A stretch of DNA of 64,000 bases. Origin: Octopus sinensis. Taxonomy: Eukaryota. Below, one piece after another: positions 51,500 through 62,070 of the stretch. Where the stretch lies: NCBI RefSeq assembly GCF_006345805.1, contig NC_043002.1, positions 43,276,001 to 43,340,000 on the forward strand, read 5' to 3'. The number at the start of each line of letters is the position of its first letter. Position 1 is the stretch's first letter. The notes under the pieces are model-generated. The model did not search any database. It worked only from the letters and a program-made list of their open reading frames with translations, and had not been told where the DNA came from. The position numbers and the translations under genes are program-made.

Positions 51500-52915
51500 T
51501 GCTGGAATTTCCACTCTGACTCACCTGGCTTGCACTTGCGGACAGCCATCTTCGCCCCGATAGCGGTGATCAGGGATATGGTCCAGAGGCAAAAAACGCC
51601 GGAGGGCTCAACTGCCTTAAGCTCAACTATTCACCTATCAGAAAGTGACTGACACCTTGATAGTTTGGTTTTCTCAGCTTCACGAGCAGCTGAACTCGGA
51701 CTGGTAGCTGAACTCACCGAGTTGCCGCTTGAGAAAGTGTCACAGCATGTGACATGCCCGCTGGCTCGAGCTAGAAAGAGAAGTCTGCGGCGTCTAGGCC
51801 AGGCTTTATGATTTTGTTAAGGTTGGCATGGTGTGGAAAGCGAACAGCGCTATGACTGCTATGACAGTAGGCGGAGGCCGAAGTAATCCGTAGCGGATCA
51901 GCAGCAGAATTCACGGGCTCACAGATCTGGAGGGCAAGTCTCAGTGAAACGCCAATGCGCAAACAGTTGCTATTAAGTTGGGTGCTAGTCGCGAATGATG
52001 GCACGAAATTGAATCAAACTCCGTTGTGAAGCTCGGTGGCTGAGCGGAAACATGCCAAAAGTGCTGGTTAAGTCGGCGCACTAACTTGACCGATATCATG
52101 TTACACTGGATGGCGTCCCATTTCTTTTGAGGGGACCAGACGTCCGTAGGAGAGAGGGGGATAGACGTTAGCAGGGCGCAGACCAAGTTAGCTTCATGAA
52201 GTGTAGGCCGCCTCGCGTCCCCCAAACAGAGATGTTTGAGTTGTGTTGTGAAGAACTCTGTTAATGAGGACACTGAAATAGATCACCGACGAAAGAAAAA
52301 CCGGTAGGGCTAGTGAGATCGGAATCGAAAGCCGAGGCCACTATTTGATGGTTAAGGTAGCCTGTTATCATCCAGTATTATTAAACCGAGCGTTGCATAA
52401 TTTCTTGGGCAGCTCGTTGGTTACAGGCATCGAGATCTGTGAAGAGAGACTCGTGGCTGTAGCAAGAGCATTGCGGAAGGTGTACAATATCTTCGGCATG
52501 CCGAAGCAGTTCCTTAACAGGAACAGTGTTGGGTTGGCATCAATCATATTCAGTCTCTCCGTTTATCTTTCAAGCTGGAGAACCTTAAACCTGATGGTGG
52601 ACCGAGTGGCACGTAGGTGGTAGACAGAAGCAGGTAGACAGAGACAGCAAAACCCACTGGGTCGTAGTTGACGTTCACGACCTCCGACTTGGATGAGTTT
52701 ATCTGGAGGCTGATCCGCGCTCGAGCAAAAGCCACTGATCGGAGATCGTGGGCAATCCTCTCTACTGACCCACCTATCGTTGCATCTTCGAGGTACCAAA
52801 CGTTGAAAGGAGCCGTGATGCTGTCCACCCGGAGAGCGAATAGGAGGGAACCCAATGGATCACCCTGTCGAATGCCAGTTGAAGATGGTATGACGAGGGT
52901 CTCATCGTCTAAGTC
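51500..52915 (-). mobile_element. CRE-clade-like RLE non-LTR retrotransposon remnant
   Basis: GIRQGDPLGSLLF..WYLEDATIGG; LRIGVSLRL; RFPHHANLNKII..LEPAG; VTCCDT..AAREAEKTK..AVEPSG. Confidence 0.75.
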
Positions 52916-53880
52916 CTGATATTTTGATTTCTTTATCTGGTAGGAAATATTGAGTCTGTCCTCTCAGAGCACTGTGAGTTCATCCACGGTGATTGTTTTT
53001 GCATTCCTAGGGAGCAGGAACATGTGTGGTCGGAGTGATGTTACCACTATTTCCTCTGGGAAGATAAGCCTTCCCCTCAAGTCCACTTGCATTTCCCAGT
53101 CTGAGGATGAACGCAAGAGCCTTGAGCTTTTGTCACCTTCCATTAGGAATTTGATACCTTTTGGCGGAGCAGGCTGGTGCTTATTAGCCTTCGACCTTTA
53201 CAGATCAGTCTATGTGAAAATCTCTGCAAGAACCTTGTTATCTCTACTTGTATCGGACTTCTTCCAGTGCCCTAGGACATTCAATCAAAATGTGATTCGT
53301 TGTGTGAAGTCTTGCTCCATACTGCTTATATTATCCTATATTTTAAAGTTGCTTCCGGTCAGCAAGAGATCAGTGACAGCACTAAGGAGGAAGGACAATC
53401 TTCTCTGATCAGTGCTCCAGTGAACACTCAGGTGCTTGGTCTCATTACATCCATTGATCCCAGTGAGCAAGCCCTATTGCTTTCCTCTGGCGAACCTCCT
53501 CAGTTGAATAACGGATACTTTGCATTAAGAGCTCTGCTTTGCCCCTGGTATTGGTGCTGCAATTGGCAAGTCCTGTCTGTCTTTGACAGACTACCGCAAG
53601 AATCTCTTCGTGTTTTTAGTATTATCTGCTTCCCTTATAGCTTCCTGGGGTTTCCTTCTTCTGCTATACTTTACGGTCTTGATGGAGCTGCTATTATGAC
53701 TTTTAATTCTCTCACCACTGATGAAACTGGTATGCAGGGTTTAGAGGTTTTGCTGTACAGCAAAAATGGCCACTGCAGTCTGGGTATGATACTATACAGG
53801 AAGCGCTATACTTTTATGTAGCTGGCTTTATCAACTACCCTTAATCAGTTTCCTAGTTGGGTTTTGGTATCTTCAGCATA
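52916..53880 (-). mobile_element. HERO-clade-like RLE LINE C-terminal remnant
   Basis: QEAIREA..KHEEI; RLSFLLSAVTDLL; HILIECPRAL; WEMQVDLRGRLIFPEEI..LRPHM..ELTVL*EDR..KKSKYQDL. Confidence 0.65.
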
Positions 53881-54879
53881 GCCAATACTCTTTAGAGTAT
53901 GATTGTAACCATTGATCGATGTCAACCATTCGGAATTTCAGTTGTTTTTCAGTTTATCAAAACGTTGAGAGAATATACTGAAAATTTCTATGTGTTAGTT
54001 AGAAATAAATTTTAGTACAGTGAAGGGTATACACGTAATTTATTCACAAGGCCTAAAATTTCGGATGAGGGTGCTTGTCGATAACATCGACCACAAAGCT
54101 CAATTGGTACTTATTTTCATAATTCTCGAAAGGGCAATAGGCATGGTCGACCGCAGCGGAATTTGAACTCTGAAAATAAAATGGGAAGAAATGCAGCTAA
54201 CCATTTTGTTCAGCGTGCGAACGACTCCGCCAGTTCTCTGCCTTGGAGGGTTGGAAGTAATTAAACTACTTTGGATCTAAACCAGTTTTACTCATACATA
54301 GATATATGAATTATAATAAAAAGCTGTAACAATACACTGATTTATAACAAATGGCTCAAAATAGAAAACAATATACGATTATCTAATTACTGAAATTTTA
54401 TCTCTAATTATAGAAACGGGAAGTGCTGATTAATCTACAATCTGATCTTATATATTGCCAGTAGTTTCCACTTAAGACTACCCAGCGGATACCTCCTTTC
54501 CTATTAGTCCAATAAAAGTTCTATTCTACTGCAGTTGAGATGAGAAAGCTTGGTAATGGTTGATTTCGGTTAGAGAGCTGTTGATAAGATCTTCAGGTAT
54601 TTCCTTGAAACAGTTACAATTTACCGGAAGATGTTTAGTGAAAATGCTTATTAACTGATAATATGTAACGTTACATACAGAGCGGCGAGCTGGCAGAATC
54701 GTTAGCACGCCGGACTAAATACTTAGTGGCATTTCATCCATCTGTACATTCTGAATTGAAGTTCCGCCGAGGTCGACTTTACCTTTAATTTCTTTCTAGA
54801 TCGATAAAAGTAACGGACTGATTTTCTTCCTAAAATAGCTCACCGTATGCAAAATTTTGAAACTGGTATGAAACGTAAG

Positions 54880-55381
54880 ATAATAAGTAATAAGTGCGCC
54901 CTTTTAAAGCCTAGCCAGGCTCATGGGCCAGGTTTCCCGGTTTCAATGGCATATGTGTTCCCCAGCTGAACGGGATGCCAGTCCATCTCAGCGTTACTCA
55001 TTTTTGCCAGCAACGTGAAATGAAGTGTTTTGCTCAAGAGCACAACGCGTCGCCCGGTCCAGGAATCGAAACCACAAGCTTACGATCATGATGCTGACAC
55101 CCTAACCACTAAGCCACGCGCCTCCACATAAATGTTCCTTTTCGAGCCATGCCAGGCTCATAAGGGTCGGTTTCCCGGTTTCAGTGGCGTAGAAATTCTC
55201 CACCCGACGGGACGCCGGTCCGTCGCAGGATTACTCATTTTTGCCAACTGAGTCGACTGGAGCAACGTGAAATAAAGTGTTTTGCTCAAGAACACAATGC
55301 ATCGCCCGGTCCAGGAATCGAAACCACAACCTTACGATCATGAGTTCAATACCATAACTACTAAGTCACGCGCCTCCACAC
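54880..55381 (-). mobile_element. Dimeric tRNA-derived SINE with 12-bp TSD
   Basis: Two related monomers (55130-55380 and 54895-55128), each headed gtggaggcgcgtg(g/a)cttagt..ggtttcgattcc. TSD atgaaacgtaag at 54868-54879 and 55382-55393. Confidence 0.8.
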
Positions 55382-55701
55382 ATGAAACGTAAGCTGAAAC
55401 TTATATTTACGGTTAAGGAAAATGGTTTGCACATCGGTAAAGAAAAAAAAAAGAATACTGATGTGAAGTGACTTCAAATTTCTCGAATAAAAACCCATAA
55501 GACGGAGTACAGTTTATCGAACTGGCAACTTGACTGATATACATGAAACGTAAGCTGAAACTTATATTTACGGTTAAGGAAAATGGTTTGCACATCGGTA
55601 AAGAAAAAAAAAAGAATACTGATGTGAAGTGACTTCAAATTTCTCGAATAAAAACCCATAAGACGGAGTACAGTTTATCGAACTGGCAACTTGACTGATA
55701 T
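55380..55701. repeat. Perfect 161-bp tandem duplication
   Basis: 55380-55540 is identical to 55541-55701. Confidence 0.9.
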
Positions 55702-56459
55702 TTATTGTATTCAATTCGCAAAAATTGTAAGGCGAGACTGAAAGTCAGAACGCAACTAGACACCACAAAGTACTCGGTCTGCTATGCAACCAATTCCGCT
55801 AATTCACCAACCCTTGAAATAGCATCAACTTATTAAGATATAAAAGTATTTCTTTTTTCATATTTTTGTAATATCATTTTCTTTCCACTATAGACACACG
55901 GCTTAAAGTATTGTGAGAAGAACCTAGTCGATTACATCGACACTGAAACGGATGAAAAGCGAAATCGACTTCGGTGGAATTTGATCTCGGAATATGAAAC
56001 CAGAAGAAACGCTGCGAAGCATTTCGTCCTGAGAGTTAACGAGTCTGCCGTCCGCCATCTTTATTTATTTATTTATTATTATTTTATTAATTTATTTTTT
56101 GCTAATATTAACTTCTAACATTGGTATACAGTTATAAAGTTTGGGATGTGTGCAGTTGACTGACGAAAATGAAGCTGAAAAGGAGGCGTCGGGTGATTTG
56201 CAGTCAATACGTAATATGCACTAAATGTTGCAAGACATTTTGGAATTTCTTCCACTACTACACTGTTTTTGACATAAAACACTTGATATATTCTTTCGTA
56301 ATTTTAACAATAAATACACAGACGTGGGAATGGCTGTATTTTTAAGAAACCCGCTTTGCAAATGTGCAGTTTCGGGTTCATTCCCGCAGTGCAGCACCTT
56401 AGGCATATCTCTTTTAGTACAGCCCCAAGCTGATCAATGTCATGTGAAGGCTTTGGTAG

Positions 56460-56700
56460 GCCATATAGTTTTGAAAATCTTATTTAGGATACCATACCAT
56501 AATTCAACGGGTCTTTCTGTTGATATCAAATGACTTGGAGAAACTGCAAATACGACTGATGCTTTTTGTTCGAAGATCCTGAGCTCTTCTATAATTCTTC
56601 TAAGGATCAATGGTAGTGTTCATCTCCTTTTGTGGAAGCCATTTTGATTCCTGTGATCTGTATTGTGGTGGAATCCCTGATCTGTGTCTAGATGCTTGAT
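56460..56700 (-). mobile_element. RTE-type RT remnant
   Basis: RNQNGFHKRR..LILRRIIEE..VVF..FSKSFD. Confidence 0.6.
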
Positions 56701-56704
56701 TTCA

Positions 56705-58578
56705 CTACTTTAGACCCCTGCTTGTTAACATCGATCTACGTAACATCAAATTTGCCGACGATCCTTTTTTCAACCACAAAATATCAGATATCCTGCCGAT
56801 CACCATAGAAAAGCCTTTACAATATCTGAAACATATAAAGAGTAAGACACCAAGTCCAAACAACATCCCAGTCGTCAATTGGAAGAGTCTCCTCTTCTAT
56901 AAACATCCGTTGGACTGTTACTATAAAGGAAAAATACGGCAGCCCATTCTCCCTCTACATAGAAAATAGCTGGAAGGGAAAACTGGATGACTGTTTCATT
57001 CTTTGACATGAAAGTATCGAAAGTCTTAAAGTATTCCAAGCATTTATAAATGGTCTTGACGTAGACATTCAATTCACGATGGAATATAGCCATCAACAAC
57101 TTCCCTTCCTCGACATCCTCATTAACAAATCTAACAACGTGATAGAAACAGATATATACTATAAGCCCACGGACTCCAAGCAATAGCTACCGTTCAACTC
57201 GTGCCACCCCAGACACACCAGAATGAATGTCCCCTTCAACCTAGCAAAAAGGATATGTACTATAGTTTCTAATACAAATACCAGAGACACACGGCTACAT
57301 GAACTAAAGGAAACACTCATCACCAGGAACTATCCACCTTCACTAATCGACATATACTTTCAACGTGCCCTTCAACTCAACATCTACGAACTCAGACATC
57401 CCAAATTAAAGAAGGATTTACAACCAAAAGCCCTACCATAAATCTCCACACACAACCCTCTTAACAATGGAACCTGCGACACCATCCTTGAAAACATTCT
57501 CCTGCTAAAAATGGACTACAGAATGAACATAATCCTCCAAACACACACCATCATAAAAAGCAAGAGAAAACGCAAATTTATGTAAAGTCTCCTAACACAA
57601 ACCCGAATACGCTCAACAAAAACACAGAAGCCGTCAGTAAAAAATGCGAAGACCCAATTGTGGGGTATGCGTCAATTTAATTGCGGGATCAGAGTTCTCC
57701 TTTAAACAGGGACAACGTTTTACAGTGAAAAGCAAATTCACATCTGCTTCGGAGAATCTGATAACAAAAATCTAAGCTTCAGAATTTTTCCCCTCTACCA
57801 ATTTAGGGACGATACAACCTGTAGCTAACAAATTAGTAAAGAGACTCTCTTTATTACAGCATACAGACCCCTTTTAAACGCATCTACAACAAATGGCATA
57901 TCCACCACGGCCTTAGAATAACACAAACACACACGCAAATATTTAAAATGATACACCCAAGAGATTCCCAAGAATTCATTAAAGAACAGTCCCAATCACT
58001 GCTATAATCCATAACGAATCACTTTTAGGTCACTTGACCATTTAACATCCTACCGACATTCCTTTATTATTCTCCCTTCTCTTTCTCTTTCTTCTTCGTC
58101 TTTTTCCTCTCCGCCAGTTCCCTACTAACTTTACTGCTATTGCTGTTTAGAATAACACCTACGCAAATTTTATAAACAATACTTTCAAAAGAGATGTCTC
58201 AAGAATTCAATCACTACTTCCATCTACAACAAAACACTTTCAGGCCTTTGACCATTTAACATACTACTACTATCATGGCACTCCAGCATTCTTCTTCTCT
58301 TCTTCTTCTTCTTCTTCTTCTTCTTCCCTGCCAAGAATTCACAACGACCTCGAACCCACAAGAGTAAACAAGAGAGACAGAGACAGGCAGAAACAAAGAA
58401 AATGCCCCTTGTATTTGAATACTACGCAAATATTTTTTTAAAAACTTAGCTTTTAATTTTTCCAAAATTTAATTGTTTTCCATACTTACAGTTGAAAAAG
58501 TCTCAATGACTAAAACCGGTACTGAAATGATTTTTATAAAATTATTTTAGCATTTTCTACCTAAACTTTTCTTCCATT
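56705..58578 (+). mobile_element. Penelope-like element, degenerate, with 3' UTR
   Basis: LDDCFIL; IQFTMEYSHQQLPFLDI..TDIYYKPTDS..SCHPRH..VPFNLAKRI..RNYP; PNCGVC linker; KETLFI..PLLN. Hammerhead relic at 58489-58524. Confidence 0.85.
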
Positions 58579-58604
58579 TATATATATATATATATATATA
58601 TATA

Positions 58605-59002
58605 CTAGCAGTATCGCCCGGCGTTGCTCGGGTTTGTAAGGGAAGTAACTATATAAACATTTTTAGAGATGTAAAGTATAATAGCCATCTCAATATGGCT
58701 AACCACAAAGGGGGGGGGTGTTACTGTAGCTTTTTACATTCTGAGATTTTATAATAAATTTTTAAAGAGTTACTTCCCTTATATATGCCAAAAATGCATT
58801 AAAAATGGGAAAAAATGATGGTAAATTTTTTTTTAAATCGTAGACTCATCGTAGACGCGCACTAATACCCAGAAGGGCTTGATATGAATCACGACTATAA
58901 GATACCCAGTTTTGGTTAAACTGCACCGCAAAATGTGGGAGTAGTTAGGAATCTAAATCGTAGGAGACAGACAGCACACAACCTCTCTTTTATATATAAA
59001 GA
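58605..59002 (-). mobile_element. Non-autonomous Helitron (398 bp)
   Basis: Minus strand 5' A|TCTTTATATATAAAAG, then cccgagcaacgccggg hairpin plus CTAG|T at the 3' end; inserted in (TA)n. Confidence 0.85.
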
Positions 59003-59013
59003 TATATATATAT

Positions 59014-61863
59014 ATCATCATCGTCGTTTAACGTCCGTTCTCCATGCTAGCATGGGTTGGACGGTTCGACCGGGGTTCTGGGAAGCCAGAAGGCTGCACC
59101 AGGCTCCAGTCTAATTTGGCAATGTTTCTACAGCTGGATGCCCTTCCTAACGCCAACCACTCCGTGAGTGTAGTGGGTGCTTTTTACGTGCCACCTGCAC
59201 AGGTGCCAGGCGGGGCTGGCAACGGCCACGGTCAGATTGGTGTATTTTATGTGCCACCGGCACGGAAGCCAGTCGAGGCGGTGCTGGCATCGGCCACGAG
59301 TCGGATAGTGCTTTTTACGTACCCCCAGACCAGGGATCCTGGCTGGTTCAATTCGATTTCGATTTCGCTTGCCCCAACATGTCTTCACAAGCAAAGGGGG
59401 TTGGCAAGGGTGCCTGTCGTACGGTCGCATTGGAGTATTTTACGTGCCACGGCCACGAGTCGGATGGTGCTTTTTACGTACCACCAGACCAGGGATCCTG
59501 GCTGGTTCAATTCGATTTCGATTTCGCTTGCCCCAACATGTCTTCACAAGCAAAGGAGGTTGGCATGGGTGCCTGTCGTACGGTCGCATTGGAGTATTTT
59601 ACGTGCCACGGCCACGAGTCGGATAGTGCTTTTTACGTACCACCAGGCCAGGGATCCTGGCTGGTTCAATTCGGTTTCGATTTCGCTTGCCCCAACATGT
59701 CTTCGCAAGCATGGGGGGTTGGCATGGGTGTCTGTCGTCGGATGAGGTTCTATATCGACTTCGCTTGCCTCACCGGTCTTTGTGTCCAAGGGAGGAAAGG
59801 CATTCATAAGTGGGCTGGGCTCACTTGTCCTGCCTGGTCTTCTCACGTACAGAATATTTCCAAAGGTCTCGGTCTCTGGTCATTTCCTCAGTGAGGCCTA
59901 AAGTTCGAAGGTCGTGCTTCACCACCTCGTCCCAGGTTTTCCTGGGTCTACCTCTCCACGGGTTCCCTCAACTGCTAGGGATTGGCACTTTCTCACACAC
60001 CTATCTTCATCCATTCTCGCCACATGACCATACCAGCGCAATCGTCTCTCTTGCACACCACAACTGATGCTTCTTAGGTACAACATTTCTCTCAAGGTGA
60101 TAACGCTCTGTCGAGTATGTACACTGACATTACACATCCATCGAAGCATACTGGCTTCATTCCTCACGAGCTTACGCATGTCCTCAGCAGTCACGGCCCA
60201 TGTTTCGCTGCCATGTAGCATGGCTGTTCGTACACACGCATCATACAGTCTGCCTTTTACTCTGAGCGAGAGGCCTTTAGTCACCAGCAGAGGTAAGAGC
60301 TCCCTAAACTTTGCCCAGGCTATTCTTATTCTAGCAGTTACACTTTCAGCGCACCCACCCCCACTACTGACTTGGTCACCTAGATAACGGAAGCTATCAA
60401 CTACTTCTAGTTTTTCCCTCTGGAAAGTGACGGAAGTTGTTTTCTGCAGATTTTCGGAGGTTAATGCTCCCGAGCATCTGCCACATACAAAAACTATCTT
60501 CCCAGTTAGCCTACCTTTGACATTGCTGCACCTCTTATGTGTCCATAGCTTACACTGGGTACATCTTATAGAGTTTCTACCTACACCTTTTCTACAGATC
60601 GAGCAGGGCCATCTTCCTGAAGATATTTGTGGATTGTCTACCTTTCTACTTATTAGTACTTTGGTTTTAGCTAGGTTGACTCTAAGGCCCCTTGATTCTA
60701 AACCCTCCTTCCACACCTGGAACTTCTCCTCCAGTTCTGATAGTGACTCAGCAATAAGAGCAAGGTCGTCAGCGTAGAGGAGCTCCCAGGGACAGCCTGT
60801 CTTGAATTCCTCCGTAATTGCCTGGAGTACTATGATAAATAGGAGGGGGCTGAGTACTGAACCCTGGTGGACCCCAACCTCTACTTTGAATTCTTCTGTG
60901 TACATGTTGCCAACCCTAACCTTACTTACGGCATCTCTGTACAAGGCTTGCACAGTCCTCACCAGCCATTCATCTATCCCTAGTTTCCTCATTGACCACC
61001 AGATAAGGGATCGGGGGACCCTATCAAAAGCTTTCTCCATGTCAACGAAAGCCAGGTACAGGGGCTTATCTTTGGCTAGGTATTTCTCCTGCAGCTGCCT
61101 TACCAGGAATATAGCATCAGTGGTACTTTTCCCTGGCACGAACCCAAACTGCATCTCATCTAAACTAACTCTCTCTCTAATTAGTTGGGCTATGACCCTC
61201 TCCGTAACCTTCATTACTTGATCCAACAGCTTGATACCTCTGTAATTAATTGTATCTAGGGCATCACCTTTACCTTTGTAGCAGTTGACTAGTATGCTGC
61301 TGCACCAGTCATTGGGTATGACTCCTTCGTGTATCACCTGGTTGACTATACGGGTGACTAGGTTATAGCCGACACTGCCAGATATTTTGAGCATCTCTGC
61401 AGTAATTCCTGATGGGCCTGGGGCTTTCCCTGTCTTCATGCTTCTAATTGCCTTAGCTACCACGGAACTATCAACTCGGATAGCTGGTCCCTCTGTAGGG
61501 TCAACATTCGGCAGACTCTCTTTATCCCATTCATTTTCCTCATTCAGTAACCTTTCATAGTGGCGTCTCCAAGCTTCTCTCTTTGCATCCTCATTTAGCG
61601 CAAGTGAACCATCCTCCATGCGAACACATTTCTCTCCTACCACATCACGATTCTCTCTCACACACTGTCTTGCAACACGAAATACCTCAAGTCTTTCATC
61701 CTCACGGCGCAGGACATTGGCAAATTTTCTCTTATCCGCTTCCCCTCTGGCTAGATAGACCTGTCTCCTAGCTTCCCTTCTGGCAGTCTGATACCCTTCC
61801 CTGCTACCACCGTTCTTCCAGGCCTTCCAAGCCTGTTTCTTTTGTCTAATAGCCCTGTCAACA
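59014..61863 (-). mobile_element. 5'-truncated RTE-clade LINE, young; RT frame open until a frameshift near 59950
   Basis: KAPGPSG, NYRGIKLL, QFGF, FVDMEKAFDRV, GVHQGSVLSP, YADD, HGSETW and RRLRWYGHV; (GAT)n tail; (TA)n flanks. The ORF N-terminus in the track is microsatellite, not element. Confidence 0.95.
59292..59740. repeat. 159-bp tandem repeat, about 2.8 copies, in the RTE 3' UTR
   Basis: Units start at 59292, 59451 and 59610. Confidence 0.92.
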
Positions 61864-61897
61864 ATATATATATATATACACACATATACATATACAT

Positions 61898-61931
<34 letters not shown>

Positions 61932-61997
61932 ATATACATATACATATATATACATATACATATATATATATATACATATACATATATATATATATAT

Positions 61998-62029
<32 letters not shown>

Positions 62030-62070
62030 ATATATATATATATACATAATATATATATATACATATATAT

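Noticed and set aside
54526-54660. Possible exon with an LRR-cap-like peptide VNCNCFKEIPEDL
   Set aside because: Weak acceptor, no good donor, and too short to support homology.
59292-59740. Regularly spaced repeats as a CRISPR-like array
   Set aside because: Whole units repeat with no unique spacers, they lie in an RTE 3' UTR, and there are no cas genes.
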